A stretch of 32,000 nt of DNA, from NCBI GenBank assembly GCA_001790095.1, contig MGBH01000001.1, forward strand, positions 570,001 through 602,000, read 5' to 3'. Below are positions 7,446 through 16,056 of this stretch, one piece after another (position 1 is the stretch's first letter; every line of letters starts with the position of its first letter). This DNA is from Candidatus Saccharimonadota bacterium (GTDB taxonomy: Bacteria; Patescibacteriota; Microgenomatia; UBA1406; GWC2-37-13). Position numbers and translations under genes: made by a program. The notes under the pieces are model-generated. The model searched no databases and had not been told where the DNA came from. It saw nothing but the letters and a program-made list of their open reading frames with translations.

Positions 7446-8699
7446 TTAAAAAGATTTTAATAGTGACGGCTTAATTCCTAGTTTGTTGTTTATTGAGGTA
7501 AATATTGAACCAATATATTCTACCGAGTGATGTTTTAAAACAAATTTCCTTGAATTTTCTCCAATTTTTTTTAATTTTTCTTTGTTTTTGATATTTTGCT
7601 TTATTACCTCTTTGATATTTGTAGGGTTTGCTTTAATGATCGGTATCTCATCTTTACTTATTAGACCCACATTAATATACAGATTCTCTAAGTTACTGTC
7701 TAAATAGCAAACAACAGGTTTTCCCAGCGCCATAGCTTCTATAGCAAACATCGCATACCACCCAATAACCAACTGATCAACTACTAAATCTGCATCTTCT
7801 ATTGCCCTTTTAACTACGTCATTACTCGCTTTTTCAATTAAGACAAGATCGATATCATAACCCTCGCGCTTCAGCTCATTTACAGCTTGGATTAAAAAAT
7901 CCGTTCCTTTTATTGCCCGATGATTGGGAGCATGTAGGATTTTAAAGCTTTTGTTTTTCTTATGTCTTTGAACAGGACGCCATCTATCAATGTCTATGGA
8001 AAAATGGCCCAGCATTAGTGTATCCCAATAGTATGTATAGTGAACCCAATCACAGCCGGATATAATATGATTTGAATGAACGGTCCATCTATCTATCTGT
8101 TCAGCAACTCTTCTTTTCATCCTTTTGCTATAGTCGGGGTAATTTACTCCCATAGCGTGCTTAAAAAGCAAATTAGGACATCTTGATAGGTCTTGAACAT
8201 CACCGCCATATGGAAAAACTACAATTTTTATATTTGCTAATTTATAAAAAATATGCTCATATCTACGAAGAATGATTGTAGGAAATAGGGGACCTCCGTT
8301 GAAATATATATATAATATCTTATATTTAAAAAGAGATCGCAAAAAAAGATGTATTGATCCTAAGAAAAGACTATCCATACCTAAATATCCTAGTAGTCTG
8401 TTAAATTTGCTAAATCTATCAACGATATAATCCCCTCGGTAATCAAACTCGCTTGTGATGAAATATACACTTATAACAAACGTCTCCACAGAGTATCCAT
8501 ATTTAAGAAGAGCCTTTTTATGATATATGTTATTTATAAGGGGTTCAGGACCCAAGCCCACATCAATTGGTTTCTTGAGAAGCCTTGCTATAAAACTAAT
8601 AGCAAGAAAAAATGGTATTAAAAAAATTTCAATAAGATGCCTCGCTATTTTCGCAGTCAAATCTTTTATATAGCAAATTATTCCTTTTATTAAACCCAT
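7446..8699 (-). CDS. Membrane-anchored GT-B glycosyltransferase, paralogue 1
   Basis: 417 aa with an N-terminal hydrophobic helix. It aligns by eye over roughly 390 aa with 10574-12043 (IDVGLGPEP/IDVGIGPLP, YFITSEFD/YFITSNFD, YFNGG, YGGDVQ, GCDWV.Y.Y.WDTL.L.HF, HAPNH..IKG, VVDQLV.GWY.MFA.EAMALGKPV). Confidence 0.65.
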   Translation of the reverse strand: MGLIKGIICYIKDLTAKIARHLIEIFLIPFFLAISFIARLLKKPIDVGLGPEPLINNIYHKKALLKYGYSVETFVISVYFITSEFDYRGDYIVDRFSKFNRLLGYLGMDSLFLGSIHLFLRSLFKYKILYIYFNGGPLFPTIILRRYEHIFYKLANIKIVVFPYGGDVQDLSRCPNLLFKHAMGVNYPDYSKRMKRRVAEQIDRWTVHSNHIISGCDWVHYTYYWDTLMLGHFSIDIDRWRPVQRHKKNKSFKILHAPNHRAIKGTDFLIQAVNELKREGYDIDLVLIEKASNDVVKRAIEDADLVVDQLVIGWYAMFAIEAMALGKPVVCYLDSNLENLYINVGLISKDEIPIIKANPTNIKEVIKQNIKNKEKLKKIGENSRKFVLKHHSVEYIGSIFTSINNKLGIKPSLLKSF

Positions 8700-8701
8700 T
8701 T

Positions 8702-9727
8702 TTATTTATAAAATTTACTCATAAACATCTCAAAATCAATATATTTGAAGGTGGGATTGTATGAATCTACTCTATTTTTATTTGCCCTATCAAAGTGATA
8801 AAATATTCCATCTATTTGGATCATGGGCACCTGAATAGTATTAGCGTACCAACTGCGCAAATTTTCTTCACTTGTAAGGTTTTGCTCTACTAACAACGAA
8901 TAATCAAAATTATTATATTTATTTCTAAATCCGCCGACATCTACTTTGAAATCATTAGCCAATTTAATTATCTGATAATCGTCTTTTATATGCTCCCAAT
9001 ACTCATAGAAGGAAAGCGGTACGCTGTTGTATGAAAAATACTGATTATTATCAAGATCATAAACTATCCATTTATGTAGCCCTTGATCGTAGACTTCAAG
9101 TAATGTATGACCATTATCATAAGTATTCCACTCCTTTAGGGTTAACCCCAATACAATTCTAGATGATGTGCCCAACCGGCTTAATAGAGACTGTGTCCAA
9201 CTTATCATCGTTCCGCACGTAATACTCAACTTTGAATCTTTTGCTTTATTTTCAAGCAGCTTAAAGGATAAAGTATCATCCGCATTACCGTGCGACACTA
9301 TCCAAGAAATACTTGATAAAAGCACGTTGTTATCCTTTTCATATACAATGCGTTGTTTATTAGATACTTCAGGGTAAATAAACCGGTATAGCCCTTCATT
9401 TTGCAGATCATATAATTGATTATTTACACGATAGATCCCCGGAGCTATGATTAAGGTATCAGGTAAATCTAATATTACTTCACGATTATCTATCGCTTCG
9501 TTAACAGCGGTAGTTTGTGTATATTTCAAGTAATAGGCATAGGGCTTGTTCCCTTGTTTAAACTGCGAATAAGGCTCTTTTTTCTTTATGTCCTTTTTTT
9601 TATTTATATTTGACCTATTTATTATGATTAAAGTTGCCATCAACATAAGAACCAGGGAGATATTAATTGCTATACTAATAGCAAATCTGTTCTTAGATAC
9701 AACTTTGGTGATATTTCCTGTTTTCAT
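8702..9727 (-). CDS. Membrane-anchored protein with a transglutaminase-like (papain-fold Cys-His-Asp) signature; function unknown
   Basis: 341 aa with a single N-terminal TM segment (FAISIAINISLVLMLMATLIII). The segments ITCGTMISWTQSLLSRLGTSSRIVLG ... NGHTLLEVYDQGLHKWIVYDLDNN match the transglutaminase-core spacing G.C..(x~35)..H...EVY..(x~10)..W...D. Confidence 0.45.
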   Translation of the reverse strand: MKTGNITKVVSKNRFAISIAINISLVLMLMATLIIINRSNINKKKDIKKKEPYSQFKQGNKPYAYYLKYTQTTAVNEAIDNREVILDLPDTLIIAPGIYRVNNQLYDLQNEGLYRFIYPEVSNKQRIVYEKDNNVLLSSISWIVSHGNADDTLSFKLLENKAKDSKLSITCGTMISWTQSLLSRLGTSSRIVLGLTLKEWNTYDNGHTLLEVYDQGLHKWIVYDLDNNQYFSYNSVPLSFYEYWEHIKDDYQIIKLANDFKVDVGGFRNKYNNFDYSLLVEQNLTSEENLRSWYANTIQVPMIQIDGIFYHFDRANKNRVDSYNPTFKYIDFEMFMSKFYK

Positions 9728-10599
9728 TTTTTTATACCTCTAATTGTAATGCCGTAATCGTCAATATTTTCATGGACTATTTTTATTTTTTTGTTTTTAT
9801 ACCATGACTGAACCTCTTTTATTGTGTGACGTGAACAAGTTTGAGGATGATACCAATCATAGTTAATAACACTATTTACTTTAGATGATAGATGATCGTT
9901 CCAAAAACATTTCATAAAATAATGATAGATAAATCTCTGAAGATCGTATGACCCTTTCTTTATCTGTAAAATGTCAACCTGTGGAATGTTTATCCTTACT
10001 TTTTTATCTGATAAAACTTTCCCTAGTTTAGTTATTTGATCTGTTGCCTTAATGGCATCTTCATAATTAAGACTAGAAATATTGTTACGGATATAATCAT
10101 CAACAAATTCTCTAACTGGGGCTTTCTTTTTATATACATACACCGCAATTTCACCATTTTGCTTAAGAATTTTCGTTAGGTTTGTAAAAGCCTTTTCAGG
10201 ATAAGCGGTATGGTGTAATACTTCTTGACAATAGATAAAATCGAACTTTGATAAATCAGTCAAATCCCCTAGGAGATCTTTTTGGTATATTAAAATATTT
10301 TTATACTTTCTAAGATTGTTTTTAGCCACTACACTAGAAACCAGATCAATTCCAACAACCTCAGTATGTTTTGGATCTGAACACTCTCTTAATAACGCAG
10401 TCACTCTTCCGTTTCCGCAACCTGCATCAAGTATCCTTTTTTTGCCTTTTAAGAAGGCTTTTAAATGTTGTTTAGTATTCCAGCCATTTCTTTGAAGAAT
10501 CCATGTCTGAATATCTGATCCATCTTTAAGGGTTTCCTGAAAAACCAATTTTTTGTTATTCTCCCATTTATCTTTAAAGCTTTTTTTTGTATTTTTCAT
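9724..10599 (-). CDS. Class I SAM-dependent methyltransferase
   Basis: 291 aa. Motif I is RILDAGCGNGRVTALL, followed by DFIYCQEVLHH and GEIAVYVY. Its ATGA overlaps the downstream gene, and it has a 26-nt same-strand overlap with the upstream glycosyltransferase. Confidence 0.75.
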   Translation of the reverse strand: MKNTKKSFKDKWENNKKLVFQETLKDGSDIQTWILQRNGWNTKQHLKAFLKGKKRILDAGCGNGRVTALLRECSDPKHTEVVGIDLVSSVVAKNNLRKYKNILIYQKDLLGDLTDLSKFDFIYCQEVLHHTAYPEKAFTNLTKILKQNGEIAVYVYKKKAPVREFVDDYIRNNISSLNYEDAIKATDQITKLGKVLSDKKVRINIPQVDILQIKKGSYDLQRFIYHYFMKCFWNDHLSSKVNSVINYDWYHPQTCSRHTIKEVQSWYKNKKIKIVHENIDDYGITIRGIKK

Positions 10600-12043
10600 A
10601 TTTTTTTTTAACTAGTTTTTTTCTTGGATATACACCAATTTTTTTATTAATTTGGTCAAAAACTTCACCCATTTTATTTAAGGAGTGGTATTTCATAACA
10701 AACGATCTTGATTTTTCTCCAATATCATTTAACCTTTGCTTTTTTCCAATCAATTGTTTAAGCGTTTCCTTAATATTGTCATAGTTACATTTAATAACCG
10801 GAAGGTTATTTTTCTTTATTATCCCTTCGAAGATAAATAAATTTTCAAGATTTTTATCAATATTACACAATACAGGCTTTCCCAAAGCCATCGCCTCAAC
10901 AGCAAACATTCCATACCAACCCACAACCAACTGATCAACGACGACGTCCACGTTTGCCATTAATTTTTTTATATTTAAATGTTTCATCTTTTGTTTCATA
11001 ATCAATTCTATTTTATAACCCTCTGATTTAAGTTCTTCTACCGCATTAATTATGAATCTTGATCCCTTTATATTAACATGGTTCGGTGCGTGAAAGACAA
11101 CCATATTATGGTTCTTTTTTTTGAAATTTGGAGGCTTCCATTCATGGGTGTCAACAGTAAAGTGAGCTAATACAAGAGTATCCCAGTGATACATATATTT
11201 GACCCAGTCACAACCCCCCAGAAGATGATCACCCGAAGTGGTCCATAAATCTATTCGTTTCTCAATACCATTTCTCAACATCCTAAACCCAGGGTAGTCT
11301 TTTGACATTGTTGTCTTATAAAGTAAGTTATCGCAATGACTCATGTTTTGAACATCACCTCCATAAGCGGTTATTATTGTCTTTACACCAGCTAAACGAT
11401 AAAAATGAGGTTCCAATCTCCAAAGTATTCTTGTCCTCCATAAAGCTCCACCATTAAAATAAAAATATAGTGATTTATATCGAAAAATAGTAAAAACAAA
11501 TAAAAAAATAGGGAGAAGACTATGATGTAAAAAAGGATATTTTTTGAAAAATAAATCAGCTCTGATGTCAAAGTTTGATGTTATAAAATATACTTGGTCA
11601 ACATATGTTTCTACTTTATAACCATATAATTCCATTGCTTTTTTTTGATACTGATGACTTACAATAGGTAAAGGACCTATTCCAACATCTATTTTTCTTT
11701 CACTTTTCTGTGATATGTAACATGCAACAATCAAGAAGGGGATGCTAATGAATTCTACTAAATAGGAATTGAGAAAAAAGAAAATAAAGCTTTTGTATGA
11801 TTTGTTTATCTGAAAAATAATTTTGAAAAATAACAAAAAAACAATCAAAATTCGTCTAAAAATAAAATATAAAGATTTGGTTTCCTTGTAATAAAATAGC
11901 TTCCTTAGCTTTTTCTTTTTCCCCCTTAGTAATCCCCTTATAATTGACTGAATAAAAACTACCAAGCGTCCTGTGTAGACCATCAACTCATCGATGATGA
12001 AAGACGCAACTGTAAACAAAAAAAAATACACTATATACCGCAT
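10574..12043 (-). CDS. Polytopic-anchored GT-B glycosyltransferase, paralogue 2
   Basis: 489 aa. It has about 110 extra N-terminal residues with 3-4 hydrophobic segments. The rest is co-linear with 7446-8699 and ends in a lysine-rich tail. Confidence 0.65.
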   Translation of the reverse strand: MRYIVYFFLFTVASFIIDELMVYTGRLVVFIQSIIRGLLRGKKKKLRKLFYYKETKSLYFIFRRILIVFLLFFKIIFQINKSYKSFIFFFLNSYLVEFISIPFLIVACYISQKSERKIDVGIGPLPIVSHQYQKKAMELYGYKVETYVDQVYFITSNFDIRADLFFKKYPFLHHSLLPIFLFVFTIFRYKSLYFYFNGGALWRTRILWRLEPHFYRLAGVKTIITAYGGDVQNMSHCDNLLYKTTMSKDYPGFRMLRNGIEKRIDLWTTSGDHLLGGCDWVKYMYHWDTLVLAHFTVDTHEWKPPNFKKKNHNMVVFHAPNHVNIKGSRFIINAVEELKSEGYKIELIMKQKMKHLNIKKLMANVDVVVDQLVVGWYGMFAVEAMALGKPVLCNIDKNLENLFIFEGIIKKNNLPVIKCNYDNIKETLKQLIGKKQRLNDIGEKSRSFVMKYHSLNKMGEVFDQINKKIGVYPRKKLVKKKYEKYKKKL

Positions 12044-12060
12044 ATAATTATTTAAATTGC

Positions 12061-13935
12061 TTATTTTATAAATATCTTACACCACCATTCATAGCTAATA
12101 AGAGACCAAAGCAAAAGCCTATGATTGATGTTCTTTTCGGTGTGTTCTAAAATTATTTTTTTTGTATATAAAGGATTAATGTATTCCGAAGAGATGTTCT
12201 TTGATCCCAATAATAAGTCTTTAACATATTTTGCATTCTCCCCTCGGTACCATGATTCATCTGGAGAAGAAAAACCTTGTTTGTTCCTTTTGAGAATGGA
12301 TGATGGAAGGATATCTTTCATTGCCCGTCTCAAAACATTTTTACCGTCATCGTGTTTTTGAATTTCTTTTTTATCTACTAATCTATTTTCATCTATTTGC
12401 TTCATTTTTTCTAAGTTTCCAAGTTTATACTTAATCGGTATTTTTTGTGCAAAATTAACTAAGTCATTGTCGAGAAAGGGAAATCTTTCCTCTAGTCCGT
12501 TAGCCATCGATAATTTATCACCCACTATCAGAAGACCCGAGAGAAATGTTTTTATCTCAAAATATAAACTATTTTGTATATGGTCCTCTGGGGTAGCATA
12601 TCTTAACTTGTTATTAAAAGTAAATACGCGTTTAAATACCTCTTTTGGTGATGATGTATCTATCTTGTCTAATATGTTTTTAGAGAATAGTTCTGACTTA
12701 TCATCATCAGAAACTAAACGTTGCCAGTAATTGTAATAGTTGTCAAAAAATTCTTGTTGACCAAGAGACTTAAAAATGCGATAGTATCTCCAAGGATATC
12801 CTCCAAAAAGTTCATCACCTCCTGTGCCTTGCAAACAAACCTTTACAAATTTCGAGGCAAGGCGGCTTATATAATAATTCGGATAGCTCATCCCAAGACG
12901 TAGGTCTTCCAGGTGCCATACCACGCGGGGGAGAGACCAACCTAAATCACCAGCATTAATCACTTGTTCATAATGCTCTGTTTTAAAATGGTTTGCAAGT
13001 AACTCCGCATCGCGCCGTTCATCAAATGTTGCCTCAATACCAGTAACTCTGGAAAGTTCAAAACCCGCAGTAAAAGTAGAAAGACGTTCTACATGTTGGC
13101 TAGCAACAGCAGTTATTGATCCTGAATCCATACCACCAGAGAGATACGATCCCACAGGCACATCAGCTATCATCTGTCTTTTCACCGCTTGTATGAATAA
13201 GCGCTTAGTCTCACGCCTTGCATCCTCAAATGTCATAGAGCTGTCTGGAGAACTAAAATCATAGTCCCACCAAGCATTATGTTCAATGTTGCGTGTCTGG
13301 GCAGTAATTTTTAAAGTATTCGCAGGTGGAAGCATATTTATACCTGAAAATAGGGTATAGAATCCAAACACGTTTTGAAAAGTAAAGTATTGATTTAGAG
13401 CTTCTAAATTTACAGATATTTTATAGCTAGGGTGTTTAAGAATTGCTTTGATTTCAGAGGCAAAAACTATAGATCTACCATTAAACCAATAATATAATGG
13501 TTTAACTCCAAATCTATCTCTACCTAAATATAAAGTTCTCGTCTTTTTATCCCAAGCCGCGAGAGCAAACATGCCATTTAATTCTTTAAGAAAATCAATT
13601 CCATTCTCATCTATTCCTTCTACAAGTACTTCCGTATCACAGGTGGAGATAAACTTGTGACCCTTTTTTTGAAGTTTTCTTTTTAGTTCAAGATAATTAT
13701 AGATACAACCGTTAAAAACTATAATCCATCTTTTATTGTGAGAGATCATGGGCTGTGCTCCTTTTGACGATGTGTCAAGAATTGCCAATCTTCGATGGCC
13801 TAAACCAACACTGTTATCAAAAAAGAATCCCTCTCCGTCAGGACCTCGATGGGCGATAGCCTTCGTCATCTCAGTTAAGACTTTTTCGGCAACCTTTTTT
13901 CCATCCAGATTGTATATTCCAGTAATACCACACAT
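12061..13935 (-). CDS. Asparagine synthase (glutamine-hydrolysing) family amidotransferase, AsnB/WbpS-like
   Basis: I set the start at the ATG giving MCGITGIY, because the class-II glutamine amidotransferase nucleophile must be Cys2. This leaves 1 nt after the upstream stop at 13937. The synthetase domain carries the PP-loop SGGMDSGS (within VGSYLSGGMDSGSI). Confidence 0.85.
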   Translation of the reverse strand: MCGITGIYNLDGKKVAEKVLTEMTKAIAHRGPDGEGFFFDNSVGLGHRRLAILDTSSKGAQPMISHNKRWIIVFNGCIYNYLELKRKLQKKGHKFISTCDTEVLVEGIDENGIDFLKELNGMFALAAWDKKTRTLYLGRDRFGVKPLYYWFNGRSIVFASEIKAILKHPSYKISVNLEALNQYFTFQNVFGFYTLFSGINMLPPANTLKITAQTRNIEHNAWWDYDFSSPDSSMTFEDARRETKRLFIQAVKRQMIADVPVGSYLSGGMDSGSITAVASQHVERLSTFTAGFELSRVTGIEATFDERRDAELLANHFKTEHYEQVINAGDLGWSLPRVVWHLEDLRLGMSYPNYYISRLASKFVKVCLQGTGGDELFGGYPWRYYRIFKSLGQQEFFDNYYNYWQRLVSDDDKSELFSKNILDKIDTSSPKEVFKRVFTFNNKLRYATPEDHIQNSLYFEIKTFLSGLLIVGDKLSMANGLEERFPFLDNDLVNFAQKIPIKYKLGNLEKMKQIDENRLVDKKEIQKHDDGKNVLRRAMKDILPSSILKRNKQGFSSPDESWYRGENAKYVKDLLLGSKNISSEYINPLYTKKIILEHTEKNINHRLLLWSLISYEWWCKIFIK

Positions 13936-13936
13936 A

Positions 13937-14884
13937 TTATTCTTTTTTTCTCCACTCAATAAGTTTTTTCATTCCTTTTTTCAAATCTGTTTTCCATACA
14001 TAGCCAAGCTCTTTCTCTGCCATCTTGGGGGAACCTATTCTGTTTGTAACGAAAGTTAAACCAGCAGGTTCATATTTTATCGATGTTTTGGCACCAAATA
14101 AACTAATTATTATCTCTGTCAGTTCTTTTAGCGAAGTACCAATTCCAGTACCGACATTGTAATTTTTACCCGTTGCTTTTGACTTCATAGCGCATATGTT
14201 AGCACGTGCTACATCACCTACATACACAAAATCATATTGCTGAGATCCGTCTCCATACAAAACTGGTTTTTTCTTTTCCTCAAGCCTATCAATTATTTTA
14301 TGCATCACTGCTGTATACGCGCCGTGATAATCCTGACGAGGTCCATAGACGTTCATATAGCGAAGACCCACCCAGTTTAAACCATACCTTTTGCCAAGTG
14401 ATTTAAACATATGCTCATCCGCTATCTTTGTGGCTCCATAGAATGTTTCGTTGTTATAGGGGTGGTCCTCAGTCATGGGTAATTCCAGAGCATTGCCGTA
14501 GACACTTGCGGATGAGGAAAATACGACTTTACCAACTTTTTGCTTTATAGCTGACATTATTACGTTGAATGTGCCTCTTATATTTACTTCAAATGCAGTC
14601 TCAGGATACTCATAACAGTGAAGAAGCCATACTGCAGCTAAATGAAAAACACCGTCTACCCCCCGCATTGCCTTTTCAAGAAAATCTCTATGGAGTATGT
14701 CGCCTTTGATGATAGTAACTCTTTTATCTTTCATAGATTCGTATAGGTTGCTCTCTGAGCCACGGGAAAAATTATCATATACTATAACTTCTTTGACGTC
14801 TTCTTTAAGTAAATGATCAACGACGTGTGAACCTATAAAACCCGCTCCTCCAATCACTAAAAATCTTTTGTTTTTTATTTCCAT
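13937..14884 (-). CDS. NAD-dependent nucleotide-sugar epimerase/dehydratase (extended SDR, GalE/WbpP-like)
   Basis: 315 aa with VIGGAGFIGSHVV, SSSASVYG and YGATK (YxxxK). The substrate is not determinable. Confidence 0.75.
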   Translation of the reverse strand: MEIKNKRFLVIGGAGFIGSHVVDHLLKEDVKEVIVYDNFSRGSESNLYESMKDKRVTIIKGDILHRDFLEKAMRGVDGVFHLAAVWLLHCYEYPETAFEVNIRGTFNVIMSAIKQKVGKVVFSSSASVYGNALELPMTEDHPYNNETFYGATKIADEHMFKSLGKRYGLNWVGLRYMNVYGPRQDYHGAYTAVMHKIIDRLEEKKKPVLYGDGSQQYDFVYVGDVARANICAMKSKATGKNYNVGTGIGTSLKELTEIIISLFGAKTSIKYEPAGLTFVTNRIGSPKMAEKELGYVWKTDLKKGMKKLIEWRKKE

Positions 14885-14903
14885 AGTTTAATAATTAATA
14901 AAT

Positions 14904-15959
14904 TTACTTATAATTTTTTTTTAACAAGGCAACAATTTTTTTACCGGCGTCCCCTTTTCCGTAAACGGAGCTTGCGGGAATTTTTACGGGTTTTTTGTGC
15001 AGAAGTTTCGCTATATTATTCGGATCGGCTAAATAATTCCACCCCAAAAGTTCTCTCCAACCGGTATCAGGCATGACCACTATGGCCTGCTTGCCAAAAT
15101 AAAAAGCTTCTTTTTGATACCCTCCGCTATCTGTTATTACTTTATAAGCACTTTTTGTTAAACCCATGAGTTGAAAATAAGTAAGTGGCTTCGTTACCTT
15201 TAAGTCTTTGAGTAAATGAGATAATCCAAAATTTTTAATTCTATTAGCTGTTCTTGGATGAAGAGGAAAAACTACTTCTACATCTTTTGAGATTTTGCTG
15301 AGTTGGTTAAGAATATTTTCAAGTGGTACTTTTTTATCTACATTATAATCTCTATGAATAGTTGCAACGACATATTTTTCCTCCTTTAAGCTAAGTTTTT
15401 TATGATATCCGAAGTCAAAGCTTGATTTCATAGAAAGAAACAGATCATACATAACGTCTCCAACAAGATGTACTCCTTTTGTAATTCCTTCGTTTTTCAA
15501 GTTTAATACTGTAAGTGCACTGGGACAGGAGAGGAATTGAGAAATATGATCGGTCACCACTCTGTTTATTTCTTCCGGCATATCTTTTGGCTCCATTCGG
15601 ATTCCCGACTCAACATGCGCAAGCGGTATTTTAAGCTTGGCTGCGACCAATGCGCCAGCAAGTGTAGTATTAGTGTCACCATTCACCTGAATAACGCTAG
15701 GTTTTTCAACTAATGTTATCTGTTCAAATCCAATCATCGTTTTGCCAGTTGTTTCGGCATGGGTCGTGGCTTTCACTCCAAGAAAATACTTAGGTTTTTC
15801 TATTTTAAGACTTTGGATGAAAGAATCGGACATGTCAAAGTCATAGTGCTGGCCTGAATGGACCAAAATCTCTTTTATACCCTGGAGTTTGAACTCCCTA
15901 TTGAGTACCGCCTCTTGGATAAATTGAGGTCTGGCGCCAACGAGTGAGAGGACTTTCAT
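14904..15959 (-). CDS. wecB: Non-hydrolysing UDP-N-acetylglucosamine-type 2-epimerase (WecB/WbpI family)
   Basis: 351 aa. It has the N-terminal VGARPQFIQ motif, HVESG, TDSGG.QKEA and the general WecB architecture. It may act on the UDP-diacetamido-uronate (WbpI/WlbD role). Confidence 0.8.
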   Translation of the reverse strand: MKVLSLVGARPQFIQEAVLNREFKLQGIKEILVHSGQHYDFDMSDSFIQSLKIEKPKYFLGVKATTHAETTGKTMIGFEQITLVEKPSVIQVNGDTNTTLAGALVAAKLKIPLAHVESGIRMEPKDMPEEINRVVTDHISQFLSCPSALTVLNLKNEGITKGVHLVGDVMYDLFLSMKSSFDFGYHKKLSLKEEKYVVATIHRDYNVDKKVPLENILNQLSKISKDVEVVFPLHPRTANRIKNFGLSHLLKDLKVTKPLTYFQLMGLTKSAYKVITDSGGYQKEAFYFGKQAIVVMPDTGWRELLGWNYLADPNNIAKLLHKKPVKIPASSVYGKGDAGKKIVALLKKNYK

Positions 15960-15975
15960 AGATAAGGTATATTAT

Positions 15976-15988
15976 AGCCCATTGGGCT
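15976..15988. promoter_or_regulatory. GC-rich perfect palindrome AGCCCA-t-TGGGCT in the divergent promoter region (candidate operator)
   Basis: The palindrome was read directly. It abuts a TATAAT on the minus strand (15976-15971) that lies 11 nt upstream of the wecB-like start. Confidence 0.3.
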
Positions 15989-15998
15989 CACTTAATAA

Positions 15999-16021
15999 AG
16001 GAAGATCATCTTTATCTTCCT
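15999..16021. promoter_or_regulatory. Inverted repeat AGGAAGAT-n7-ATCTTCCT in the divergent promoter region
   Basis: 8-bp perfect arms, 24-46 nt upstream of the TATAAT at 16045. Confidence 0.3.
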
Positions 16022-16044
16022 CCCTTAAAGACAAACTGATTTAC

Positions 16045-16050
16045 TATAAT
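16045..16050 (+). promoter_or_regulatory. -10 box TATAAT, 6 nt upstream of the ATG at 16057
   Basis: Consensus hexamer followed by aaaagc and then ATG. No SD motif and no convincing -35 were found. Confidence 0.35.
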
Positions 16051-16056
16051 AAAAGC

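Noticed and set aside
8702-13935. The AsnB homologue plus the transglutaminase-like protein as a lasso-peptide (C-cyclase plus B-protease) cluster
   Set aside because: The AsnB homologue keeps the Cys2 glutaminase nucleophile and full length, typical of true amidotransferases. The transglutaminase-like protein is membrane-anchored with a predicted external domain, unlike cytosolic lasso B proteins. The two genes are separated by a GT and a methyltransferase. There is no spare intergenic space or small ORF for a precursor peptide. A glycan context is the simpler explanation.
13936-13959. An 8-codon N-terminal extension of the AsnB ORF (MSGEKKNN) overlapping the upstream gene
   Set aside because: Class-II amidotransferases need Cys directly after the initiator Met. 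The ATG at 13935 gives MCGI and removes the 23-nt overlap.
15982-16056. TTG-initiated N-terminal extensions in the ORF track (15982, 1921, 19328, 20469, 28375)
   Set aside because: Each has an in-frame ATG a few codons downstream that begins the conserved part of the protein. The extensions cover promoter-like or hairpin sequence and are serine/lysine-rich or otherwise unconserved-looking.
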